This document shows, piece after piece, positions 24,254-36,560 of a DNA stretch of 64,000 nucleotides. The notes under the pieces are model-generated. The model saw only the letters and a list, made by a program, of their open reading frames with translations, had not been told where the DNA came from and did not search any database. Numbering within the stretch: position 1 is the first letter of the stretch; each line of letters begins with the position of its first letter. Source of the DNA: Convolutriloba macropyga (lineage: Eukaryota); the NCBI RefSeq assembly GCF_964194025.1, contig NC_134475.1, positions 20,212,001-20,276,000 of the forward strand, read 5' to 3'. The translations under genes and the position numbers were made by a program.

Positions 24254-25474
24254 TAATCAAGCTGCCTGTGTGAGTTAGCAGAAGTGATTCCATAACAACA
24301 TCTTGAACTGACTCGGGTATAATTCACACAGAAAAATTTGATTGTAATTGAAGAACATGTCATACAGACTGGATATTTGTCATTAAAATATGCATTACAG
24401 TATTTAGTTCTTGTTTTAGTTTTCCCATTTTCATGGGCAGTTTATTTAGTTCATTTCATTAAATCTTCTTCATCAGTCATTTGATTTGCAATCCTCATTT
24501 GTTCACATTGCAGACAGGAAATTGCCATTCACGTGTATAAACAACTCTAACTTCCTTTCTTGTGTATGAATAACATATGATCTCTTTTAACTTCTTTTAA
24601 TCTTAGTTTTGCTTTCATTTTATTTCTTTTAACATATGATCTCTTTAAACTTCCTTTAATCTTAATTTTGTTCACATTTTAATTCTCTCATTTGCGCTGA
24701 AAGCATTCAGTTGTAACCTAACTTTGTCAACTGCTTTTCAATTCTAAGCTCAGGAAACTAAGTTGTCAATCGCATCGCGAATAACCAATTTATTAATTTT
24801 TAAAGTGAAAATCTAAATCAATATTTCGGCAACCGCACCTTAATTGCCCAGTTCAAACAAGCAGTGGTCAATTGTCCCAAATACAGTACAACAGAACACG
24901 TCAAAAAGAGTGCACATTGATTCGTGTCAGTGAAATTTTGTTCAGTGTTCTGTAGGATGTACTGTGAAATTTCTACTATCGAGATAACATTATTTTCTGA
25001 GGAACGTCATGAAAGTTTTTGCGGATAAATAAGTTATATTAATTTCCAAAATTACTTCTTTTGATCGCTCTATATCCCGCGAATAATGTCCTGCTACAGG
25101 TGGATAAAATTTATGCTGAGTTTGACGTAGAGTGAGGAGTCAAACAACTCAGCTGATGTTGGCGTTTGTGTATGAAAGCTGTAGTTTGAAGTAGAGAATT
25201 TTTTTATTGCTGCAGAATTGCGTTTGAATTGTAGAGGTTTGAGCAAGCAACTGATTTGTTGAGAACCGAAAGTAAATCAATTTCTTTAAGTAGTAAAGCA
25301 TGTGTGATTTGAGTAGACTATTTAAATTTACTTGTAAGTTGCAGTGGGATTGGAAACATGTGTAATCGAAAAAAAATTAAATGTCTGCAATTGCCTTACG
25401 AATACGGGAAACTGTATCGACTACAATGTCCTCAAAATATATGTTTATAGCTTTCAATTTTGCATTTGCTGTAC
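24254..25474 (+). repeat. 5' long direct repeat (putative LTR)
   Basis: Roughly 90% identical to 30520-31708. It has a private 59-bp tandem duplication at ~24571-24688. Confidence 0.8.
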
Positions 25475-28400
25475 TCCCTTTTCTGGGAGAAAAAAACCAT
25501 CATACCACCTTTTTCATGGGAGAAATGAACATAACAACTTTGGCATTGTGAGCAAAAGAAGGGAACCAATTGGAGATTCTTCTCAATGGACCAGCCGCAG
25601 CTGTCACACATCTACTTGAACCTGTGTGTGAGAAGCCACTGGAAAATCACACTCTGGCAACTAAACGCGACAGAAAAATTTACAATCAACAATTAAAGGT
25701 GACGTGGCAAAATAGATTTAAGAAGATTGGCGAAATTGACTTTTTGTGAGGCGATAAACCTTAGAAGAGTTGTGACCAAAAGCAATCTCGCTTCACTACC
25801 TCTGCATTGGGACAGTGGTTTGCAACATTTTCGAGAGTAAAGACTCATTTCCTCATTGAAAAAGAGTCAATGAAAGAACTTTGGCTGAGAAGGAATCCTT
25901 CATAAAAAATTGGAACATGGGAACTTAGGACCGTTTTGTTTTTTTTCGCCTCGAAACAACAAAAAGCAGAAACCGTGGAGAGTTTTTTTGGGCGAATCAT
26001 AAAACAGGCAGAAAATTGTAGCCCGGGAGATGGTGAAACAGCACTAATTCGAGACACGTTTTTTTTTGAATATGTTGGACTTTGATACACAAAAAGAGCT
26101 TCCCAAAGAAACAGTGCCACAAACAAAAGCACTCGAAGTAGCTTTTCATTTAGAGATGGCAGCTCAAAGCCAGCAAAAGATCAATCAAAATCTTGACACA
26201 AACGCACAATCGGTGAACATAGTCAACAACATTCATGGCAGCAATCGCACCATGAACTACCAACAGCAACAGAAAGACCCGCTAACCAACTGTACCCCAA
26301 AACTACCAATACACTGGCATTTGCGCAGATTGCGATCAAGACTGGAGCCATGATCATCGTCAAATGTGCCCCGCAAAAGACAAGAAGTGCACACAGAAGT
26401 GCGAAATTCTAGGTCATTTCGCTAAAAAGTGCCGAAAAGCAAATAAATCACAATAACAAGAGTCACAGCCTCAACAAACGAATGTCAACCAGATCGACGC
26501 AACAATTACCAAAAGAGATGATGAGGAAACTGTCAACTACATAACCAGTTATCAACAACTATACGATCAAGTATACAACTCAAACTACGACAGTGATTCG
26601 GGTGACTATGTTGCCGCTATCTCTAGTAATGCACCAAATCAACTCGAACCCCTCAATGCAAAAATCCAATAGAAAAAAAATTACCGCAAACTCGATGATC
26701 GACTCGGGTAGTTTGTGCCATAATCATAAAAACTTTGGCCGACGAAATTCTACAGAGTACTTCATCTGCACGATGGGTCACTTCAAAATGTGGGAAATAC
26801 CTCAAAACATTTTTCGATATGTGAAGACGCGTTGCCTTAAATTTGTGTGTGTGGAAGATGGTCACAAACTCATCATTCGAAAGGAATGTTTATGTAGACT
26901 TGGTTTAGTAGTGGTGAAACAACAAGTAAAAAGGGGTAAACGTGTTAACAATATTGATAATTCTACATGCAAAGTAAAACAAGCCATCGCGTTGCCATTT
27001 CCCGACCTTGTTTCAAGAATTGGCTTATCAAAGACGCATGCCGTTAAATCAAAGTTTCATCCCAATTAATCTATTACCTAGAGTTTGCACTGAATTAGAT
27101 CGATTACTAAAAAAGGACATATCAAAAGGTTATCTATTTGCTCTGGCGAAAGTTTCATCTCTCGCATAGCAATTACAGTAAAGAAAGATCAATCTGCAAA
27201 ATTAGCAACAGAATGGAAAGTTCTTAACAAACACATTCACAAAAATAACTATCAAATGGCTAACATAGAAATGTTAACAGATTTAAAACTGGATTTTACG
27301 GCCTCATGAATATAACAGCTGATTTTCAAAAAACCATGGACTACACGCTTGTGTGCCTTCAAAACACATACTGTTTTCTAGATGATATTAAAATAGTTAG
27401 TACCGGATCAGAATCTGATCATATCAATTATGTCATCAAATGCCCCAAAAAATTAGATGAGGATAGTCTGCGCATCAATCTCCATAAATGTCTATTGATT
27501 AAACAGAAATCGACTGGCTCAGTTACAAATTTTCCCAAAAAGGTAAGTCACCACTAGAAAAAAATGCAGCTGTTTTAGCATTACCACCACCAACCACAAT
27601 TAAGCGTTTAAGATCATTCTTTGGATCAGTACATTATATTAGCAAATTTATACCAAACCTAGTTCAATTTTGTCATTTCCTCAAACCACTTTAAAAAATC
27701 TATCAACTTAATCTGGTTTGAAACACACAATAAACACTTCAACAATATTAAAGGTAAAATAGAGAGGAGCACTGAAAACTACCAATATTATCCAAAATTG
27801 GACGCTCGAGTAAAGAGAAACGCTTCACGTTCTGGACTTGGTTCAGCACTTGAGCAAAATCCTCCTAACGTGTGGAAACTTATAGCAATCCCATCGCGTT
27901 TTCTTAATCCCAAGGAAAAAAGATACAGAGTAAACGAATAAGAACTATTGGGAGTTCTCTGGTCAAATGATTTTTTCAGATACTATCTCTGCGGTAAAGA
28001 TTGTACAGTAATTACAGATCCCAGCGTAATTACAGTCCCTCTACTGTCAATACTTAAGGAACATCGCTCAAATAAATCATATAATATGCTGCGAATTTCT
28101 GGATTGATTGGTCGCCTACTTCCTTTAATTTTGCCATAGAACACATGCCAGGAGCAAATTTAGGTCTTGTAGACTAGATGTCTCAAAATTCCTTTGCAAA
28201 AGCAAAAAATTTCTGTGGTGACAACAATATACCAAATTCCGGATTCTTTCAAACGCCTTGTTAAAGCACTCATATTATTTAATTTAACTGGTAATCTAAT
28301 GTCGAATTCACCCATACCAGAACCGATTAAGCCACTTGCACCGCAAACACCCATTCTCAAATTTAAAAAATTAAAAAAACAGAATAAGTCAATTGCTTAA

Positions 28401-30572
28401 CATTTACCACTTTCTATTACTGCAATGCCAATTGCATCGCAAATTACTCTACAACATCAATCTAATTATTCCTTCTTGAAAACGCCAATCGCGTCGCAAA
28501 TGCCCTTTTCACATTCAAAGCCACAATTTGCACTATATAATCTGCCAATACATAAATTAAACTCCATAAACAAATTAGCTGCAAACATTTTGCAAAAGTC
28601 AGACAATAACCAATCTGAACAATCTGAAGAATTAGGCCCAATAAGCCCCTTTTTTGATACCAACTCAACTAATCAGCATAAAATCTCTAAATTCCTTCTA
28701 TAAATACCGAGCATCTAATAATACCTCGCTTTCTACCCAAAAATCTTCTACAATCAATTACTCTGATACTCACTCTATAAATTCTACCTCAAAAATGCCA
28801 CGCGGGAAGTCTGCAAAATCAACACCCAGTAAAGCGCGAGTAACCTTCTTGGACAATTCACCCACAAATACAACGCCAGGGACCAACTCTTCTAACACTG
28901 AGACAACACCATTGTTGAGTGCATTGGACACCGCGGATGATCTAAGGCTTTCGGAAACAACAAGTTGCATCTTCAGCAAGAAGCTATTGGCCATCCTAAC
29001 GGGAAAGGATGCCATTCTAAAGGAAATAAGGGACTGCGTGATCAAGAATGACGGAGAGAGGCTCAAGGACATCAGTCCCTACATACATTCATATTGACGC
29101 GATATGAGTGTTAAATACGGGTGTTTATGCATAGACAAGCACCTCATCATTTCGAAAGCTACTAAGAATGCCGTGCTAGAAGATATCCATTCCACCCACT
29201 CAGGGAGCTTCGCTATGCTTTATTTGGCTCAAAATATATGGAGGTCATATATATAAATTCACCGGGACAAACTAGCTAAGGCCAGTGACTGAAAAAGTTT
29301 TACGCAAATCTGTAATAAGCTAAAACCAGTGATTCCGCAAAGCAATTGGTCGTCATTACCTAACTGTATTGAACCGAATGACGAGATCCGAAGAGATTCT
29401 GACGGACCTATTATTAATGAAGAAGTGTTGAGCTTTATTTCTTGACAGGCATTGATCGCTACACAAAATACCCTACAATGGACATAGTAATTAATGCTTC
29501 CTGTCCAAATGTAGTTAAATTTCTAAATACATACATGTAATCACAGAGTACCTAGATCAATCAGATTTGACCAATCTAGATGTTCAAACGGCAAAAAAAT
29601 TAAAGAATTTTGTTTATTAAGTAATATTGAACCAATATATGCCTCCGCACAACACCATAGAGCCACAGCCACTGTTGTACGTGTCATTCAAATTTTTCAA
29701 TTTCAGTGACAATTATCATGTATAAAAGCACATTTAACTAAAAATTCATCTTACAAAACGAAATATTTCAAATGCTAAGAATTACTAAACAAAAAGCAAC
29801 GAATATAACACCATTTGAAGCACATTTTGGCAGACAATGCAATATTCCAGCACATAATATTACAACAAAATCAATTAGTAAAAATTTAACTATACCAAAA
29901 TAATTAAATATTTTTGAGACAAAATACAATACCAGGCCGATCGTACCTCACAGATGAGCAGTGGGCCGATACTCGAACGTGCTCGGACGTGAAAATAGAA
30001 AGAGTAGTTTGCGCTGCAAATGTCCGTGTTCATGAGGAGAAAAGAGAACAGATTAATGTGGTCAAAAGTTATTTCTGTACAGGTCAAGATCGCCAAAAAA
30101 TTCATGCCGCAAATCGACAAAAAAAAGAATTTAGACAGGCTCTGTGAAGTTTTGACCCCGGGGAGCACAGTTGGAAATATCAATCCAACAACCAGCACAA
30201 TAAAAGAGTCGAATAGGACTGAAGTACGAGTAAGTAACTCGGATACCGCTAAATTTGGAACGAAAAACAGGCGAAAAACAGAATTAGCCCGATAAAAGGC
30301 CACCAAGAATTAACAACAAGACTTTGGAGCAAACGATCCAGAATCACAAGAGAGATCTTTTAGGAAAGGATCGTGGTAGCAAAAAGATCAGGCGATCAAG
30401 AAAACAGTATGATGACGTCAGTGCCATATCATCAGGTCGATCATGCATTTCAACTACAAGTAATAAAGCAAGAGCCTCAAAAATGCGAATCCTCAAAAGA
30501 AATCCGAGGCACGACGAAGTAATCCAGCTGCCTGTGTTAGTTAGCAGAAGTGTTTTCATAACAAAATCTTGA
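25475..30572 (+). pseudogene. Gypsy gag-pol, heavily disrupted
   Basis: ORF fragments 26066, 26593, 27306, 27948, 28654, 30020 and 30324. The RT core is partly deleted between QMANIEML and FKTGFYGL. Confidence 0.85.
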
Positions 30573-31708
30573 ACTGACTTGAGTATAATTCACAGAGACA
30601 AAATTTGATTGTAATTGAAGAACATGCCATACGGACGGGATATTTGTCAACAAAAATCCATTACAGGATTTAGTTGTTGTTTTAGTTTTCACATTTTCAA
30701 GGGCAGTTTATTTATTTCATTTCATTAACTCTTCCTCATCAGTCTTTTGATTTGCAATCCTCATTTGTTCAGATTCCAGACAGGAAATTGCCATTCACGT
30801 GTATAAACAAATCTAACTTCCTTTCTCGTTTATGAATAACATATGAACTCTTTTAACATCCTGTAATTTTACTTTTGTTTAACTTTCAATTTAATTCTCT
30901 CATTTGCGCTCAAAGCCATCGGTTATAATTTAACGTAGTCAACTGCTTTTCAAATCTAAGCCCAGGAAGCTGAGTAGTCATTCGCGTCGCAAAAAATCAA
31001 TGTCTAAAGTTAATTTCTAAATCACTATCGAAATTCGGCAATCGCACCGCAATTGCCCAATTCGAACAAGCAGTGATCAATTGTGGCTCAATTGACTAAA
31101 TACTTAGCTAAGCAGTATAACAGAACATGTCAGAAAGAGTGCACAATAATTCGTGTCAGTGAATCTTTGTTCAGTGTTCTGCAGGATGTACTGTGAAATT
31201 TCTACTATCGAGATAACATTATTTTCTGAGGAACTTCAGGAAAGTTTTTGCGGATAAATAAGTTATATTACCTTCCAAAATTATTTCTCTTGGTTGCTCT
31301 ATATCCCGCGAAAAATGTCCTGCTACAGGTGGATAAAGTTTGAGCTGAGATAGATGTAGAGTGAGGAGTCATAAAACTGAGCTGATGTTGGCGTTTGTGT
31401 ATGCAAGCTGTAATTTTAATAAGAGAATTTTTTTATTTTATTGCTGCAGAGTTGCGTTTGAATTGTTGAAGTTTGAGCAAGCAACTGATTTGTTGAGAAC
31501 CGAAAGTAAATCACTTTCTTTATGTAGTAAAGCATGTGTGATTTGAGTAGACTATTTAAATTTACTTGTAATTTGCAGTGGGATTGGCAACATGTGTAAT
31601 CGAAAAGAAATTAAATGAGTGCAATTGCCTTACGAATACGGGAAAGTGTATCAACTACAATGTCCTTAAAATGTATGTTTATAGCTTTCGTTTTTGCATT
31701 TGTTGAAC
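30520..31708 (+). repeat. 3' long direct repeat (putative LTR)
   Basis: Homologous to 24254-25474. Confidence 0.8.
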
Positions 31709-32292
31709 GCAAAACGTTATCTTTTAGCCCAATTTTAGCAGCAAAAAAGTTCATTGTTATAACCAAATCGTAAAAATTGTCCTTTCAAATTTATCGATCT
31801 AATGTTATATAGTTTGTTAGAACGATGTTCCCTTGTTTTTGAAATAAACGCTCTATGATAAACAAGAACCGCAAATGGGCGTCGAGAAAATGGTATAAAA
31901 TATGTCTTATGGGACAAACTATCCCGTGAAATTTAGGTTCATTTGCGCAATAGCTCTCCCTGAATTTAGTCAGCTACATTGCGAATGCAATTGCTTTCAA
32001 ACCATGATGTGCTAGTTCTTCTATTGTTCCACCTTAGGGCAGCACGTGAAACATTGCATTTAATTCAATGTCCCAGTGGGGGGCTAGAGTGTGTATTTTC
32101 CAGGTGCCATTGTTGTTTTTTCCTTTAAAGTTTTCAAATGCTGTTCCTGTGAATCTCTTAAAATTCAAATTCAAGTTTTTTTAGTTTTAACAGCATGCTT
32201 AAGAGGACATACTGAATGAACGGAAGTTTTTAACGAATGAGGTCTAATTACATCTCAGCAGTGTAAATGTTGGATGGCTACATGAACACGGC

Positions 32293-32887
32293 ACACCTTT
32301 TTTGAGAACTGATTAAGAGCAGACTGAAAATGTCTTGCATCAGATTTTTTTTGCATTCTTATATAATTCTTACACGCTTACTCCTTTTTTGAGAACTGAT
32401 TATGAGCAGACTGAACATTTCTTCCATCAGATTTTTTTTGCATTCTTATATAATTCTTACATCCTTACACCTTTTTTGAGAACTGATTATGAGCAGACTG
32501 AAAATGTCTTGCATCAGATTTTTTTGCATTCTCATATAATTCTTACATACTTACTCCTTTTTTGAGAACTGATTATGAGCAGACTGAAAATGTCTTGCAT
32601 CAGATTTTTTTTTGCATTCTCATATAATTCTTACATCCTTACACCTTTTTTGAGAACTGATTATGAGCAGACTGAAGATTTCTTCCATCAGATTTTTTTT
32701 GCACTCTTATATAATTCTTACATACTTACTCCTTTTTTGAGAACTGATTATGAGCAGACTGAAAATGTCTTGCATCAGATTTTTTTGCATTCTTATATAA
32801 TTCTTACATCCTTACACCTTTTTTAAGAACTGATTATGAGCCGACTGAATATGTCTTGCATCAGATTTGTTTGCATTCTTACATAAT
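32293..32887. repeat. ~89-bp tandem repeat, ~6.6 copies
   Basis: Unit TTTTTTGAGAACTGATTATGAGCAGACTGAAAATGTCTTGCATCAGA(T)nGCATTCTTATATAATTCTTACATCCTTACACC. Confidence 0.95.
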
Positions 32888-33641
32888 TGAAAACACTTAT
32901 TATTAAATCAATAACCTGGATGCGTTGACTCCCGTTATTTGCATCGTTTTTGCAAATCTCGAATTGTTTCTTGTAGTTTTTTTTTGAGGAATACCTGAAA
33001 TTGATTTCCTGAAGTTAACTTGTTTTTGAGCACCATATTTTTTTTTTAAATTACTATTCGTTATTGTTCTTAGGCGACTAGGCTAGCGCTGAATTTCTCT
33101 CGGGTTTTACCATTTTTGTTTCGTTTCTTGCAACAAAAAAATTTTGCCAACCTAAATAAACGAGTAAGATGAAATTGCCAAAATTAACATCACCAATCAA
33201 GATCTGTAAACTTTATTTGAGAAAATTAAAATTGAGCTTGGCTCTGGTTAAAAATTTTGTGAATAGAAAAACTGCTTTGTTAAATATCATCTCATTTTAT
33301 AAAACTTTTCATCAGTTTTATTTCTCAAGATATCGTCGAATTCAAATTCAGGCAGCTATCTAGAAACTATATCTAAGTAATTTTTTCAAATGATAGAACG
33401 CACTGCAAAAAAGGAGTAGGTCTTCGCAACTCAAATAACAAGTTCTGTCAAGTTAAGTTTTTTTCAATAAACTTACTAAAAAGACGTGCCTTCATTCTCA
33501 ATGTAATGCCTGGTGTATTTAGCCTCTTATACATCTCATCACAAAAAAGTTGAATTCAATAGAAAATTCTGAAATTATTTATTTCGCTTTGGGTAAATTT
33601 CAACGAATTTTGTAGTTTGACTTTTGTATCATTTTTTCGAG

Positions 33642-33790
33642 GTCTGTGGTGCAAAGTGCGACTGGAATTCTGTCTGGAAGTGTGTACAATGGTGTACCGG
33701 CATTTGCGAGAAAGTTACACGGGGAAATGGAGCCATGGAGATCCGGAAGGACTACTCTCATCAAAAACCACGAGAACCACGGCATACGCA
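33642..33790 (+). CDS. WSCD: WSCD-like paralog A, exon 4 (sulfotransferase core)
   Basis: (R)SVVQSATGILSGSVY...GEMEPWRSGRTTLIKNHE matches the WSCD pattern ATG-x2-TGS-x-Y...GE...W...KTH. It is 149 nt like B exon 4, with compatible phases (2/1) and donor |GTGAGA. Confidence 0.85.
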
Positions 33791-35727
33791 GTGAGATATG
33801 TCAAAATGATTACTTTTCTTATTTTTTAATAATCCTATTACTTTCTTCAAAATCACAACTCTGGTTGAGTTCTTAGCAGGCGATATTGTAATTAAAACAA
33901 TTTTCTCCAACTAATTGTATTTTTTCATGGAGTTCAAAATAAAATTTTTACTACATTCATTGCAATGCATTAATAGAAAATTTTCAAAGAATTCCGCCAC
34001 ATTTAGGGAATATACGTGAAAACATTAGAGACATTTTTTACTCTTCTTGATCGAAAAACTTAAAAAAACTCTGTTGCTGAACAGAAAGTATGTCAAACAC
34101 TAGCGCAAAACTTCATTATTTTCTCTATGTGGAAACGCTGTGGGAAAAATTGCTTCATGATTTTTGGCCTTACCCAATACAAATATATCAGAAAGAAATT
34201 TTTTTCGATACTAAAACTGTCAAAAAAAATAAAGTGCAACAGCCAATGAAAAATTGAGTATGATCTGTTTTTTCCAGCCCTGCTAAATGCTCTTTAAATT
34301 TCTGCATTGACATCTGCTTTCTTAGATCTATATTTGAACATGTTGAGCACTGCATTAGCTTTATGTCAAGCACTAGACCGCAAAACGTGCAGATTTCTGT
34401 TTTGAAGACAACAGTGACAATACTTACTCATTTTTTTCTGTCTGTACGTCACTTTTGCTCGCCGTAAAAAACTAAAAGTAACCGTAGATGATCGTTACAA
34501 AATTTGCAAATTTTTCACTCATTTTTATGGATAAACGTGACAAATTTCTCCAAATTTGAGCGTTTAAATCTAAAAAATCGTCCATTAAAATAAATTGCTT
34601 GAATGTATTAGATAACTACTTGACACCCTATTCAGAGACGTATATAGTTATGAATTTAATCGTCAGGTAGACTTTCCTTCACTTCGGTCTATTTGACTCT
34701 TGTTGTTTATACAGGAAATTTGATACTCTCACCCTGGATAGCAAGGACGACGTACACAAGAGTAAAAGTGAACGTCGGAAAAACGGTCAAAAACTAAAAA
34801 CAAATTTTCGTGTTGGCTCCAAAATAGGCCAATAGTGAAGGAAATTTCTGATTTTCAAAACATTTTTAGTTACTGCCGTGCTGTCCACATACGGTTTGAT
34901 TTTGAGTTTTAAAACATGTTTCGTATAGGATCCTGACTATTTCGGTGTAAGATTGCTGGATAAAAATTGCTCATTCACCTTGACNNNNNNNNNNNNNNNN
35001 NNNNNNNNNNNNNNNNNNNNNNNNNNNNNNNNNNNNNNNNNNNNNNNNNNNNNNNNNNNNNNNNNNNNNNNNNNNNNNNNNNNNNNNNNNNNNNNNNNNN
35101 NNNNNNNNNNNNNNNNNNNNNNNNNNNNNNNNNNNNNNNNNNNNNNNNNNNNNNNNNNNNNNNNNNNNNNNNNNNNNNNNNNNNTAAGTAAATGCATCTA
35201 GGCGCACAAAATAAATCTCATTACTGTTTCATCAGTAAAAAATTTAATCGGCAAAAGCAAATGGTTTAATAAAACGTTGAAAACTTATTATTAAACGTAT
35301 TACCTCAGTTGGAGAGAATTGATTGTTTGTAGGTGTGAATAAATTGATCAAGGCGCATGCTACTCTGCAGATTTCCAAAATTAACTTGATTTCAGTTTAT
35401 ACCAAACAGCACTCAGTTCAATGCCATTCTAATGAATAATAAAAATTAAATGTTAGCATTAGAAAAAATTACGTTATATGAGTCATTAAAATTCATAGCT
35501 CTAGCGCGTTCAGTTAATGAACTAGTGCTCGCATAAAATTTTATTCTAACCAACAAAAAATCATTTTCACTGAAATTTTAAAAAATCTATAAAAAGTTGA
35601 TTATTTATGTTCATTTTGTGTCTCAGCCGTGGTTGCTATTTACTAGTTTAACCACAACGGCGACATAGACGTCTAAGCTGGGTTGGATCCTAGGCTATTT
35701 CTCAATTTTTGAAGTGAAATAAAAAAA

Positions 35728-36023
35728 CCCGAGTGAACCGAAACTTGATACATCTTGACATGAAACATTCTAAAACAGGGTATATCTTATCCAGAGTCTG
35801 ACACGGCACTTGCCATGAAAATGTCAAGATATGTATAAGATTGCACGGTCTCTGAAAGGTTATGTTTGTCTCAAAGCTTTCAAGAATTTTTCTTGAATTA
35901 CCTATATAAGATATCACCAAGACCTCAATATTTACCAAGAAATGTTGGTGGTTTAACTTTTGCAAGAAATGTCAAAATCATGAATGTATTATCAAGCTGT
36001 ATCAAGTTTTGATTTAACGCGGG
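35728..36023. mobile_element. ~296-bp MITE (CCC...GGG) just upstream of the paralog B start codon
   Basis: TIR CCCGAGTGAACCGAAACTTGATACATCTTGA vs CCCGCGTTAAATCAAAACTTGATACAGCTTGA. Absent at the equivalent site of paralog A. Confidence 0.75.
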
Positions 36024-36065
36024 TAGCTTTTGATCGTGCAGTGATTACTTTTACCTTTATCAAAA

Positions 36066-36560
36066 ATGAAGTTTCGAAACTGCTCCGAATTTAGAATTGG
36101 TTCTGGAATTGTTTCAATTTTGATTGTATCAGTCGTCGCCATTTGTTTTGTGGTGTTTAATTTTTTAAACACGCAAACTACATTACATTTTACTCATCAA
36201 GGGGCACAACCGCACTGTTCGGGTGTGAATTCCAATTCGGAAAAATGTCAGAATGTGCCGTTTTACGAGTCCCTTAGCGTTTTGCTTGTTACTAAGCAAC
36301 CATTATTTACCGGTTGTGTAAACAGAAATGACCCGAGAATGAAAAAAGTTCGCTCCACGGCAGAGCTCAAATTTGAGCCAATAGATTGCGCATTATTTTG
36401 TGTGGGTAGAAACTATTCACGCATGAATATTCGAACAGACGAAATGCAGTCTACATGTTTTTGTTCCGGTGATCTGCCAAGTTCGGAGTCTACTTGCGAA
36501 AATTCAAACACCAATTTCAAATCCTACGAATTGGAACCGGTGTCTATGCCCTCCGTAAAG
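36066..36560 (+). CDS. WSCD: WSCD-like paralog B, exon 1 (intact, distal copy)
   Basis: MKFRNC... with anchor GIVSILIVSVVAICFVVF, a WSC-like Cys pattern, and donor AAG|GTAAAT (phase 0). Confidence 0.85.

Larger units (their letters stand above)
24254..31708 (+). mobile_element. Degenerate Ty3/Gypsy LTR retrotransposon inside intron 3 of paralog A
   Basis: gag (NMLDFDTQKEL; CCHC remnant GHFAKKC ~26410), protease MIDSGS ~26695, RT YCFLDD ~27370, LRSFLGSV, RNase H, integrase zinc finger and core, between ~1.2-kb direct repeats. Confidence 0.9.

Noticed and set aside
32293-32887. CRISPR-like array or repeat-protein ORFs (32335, 32575)
   Set aside because: The units are fully repeated with no unique spacers, variable T-runs break the frame, and the context is a eukaryotic intron.
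34715-34800. Candidate exon 5 of paralog A after TTTATACAG|GA
   Set aside because: The phase fits, but the peptide has no similarity to B exon 5 and stops after ~27 codons.
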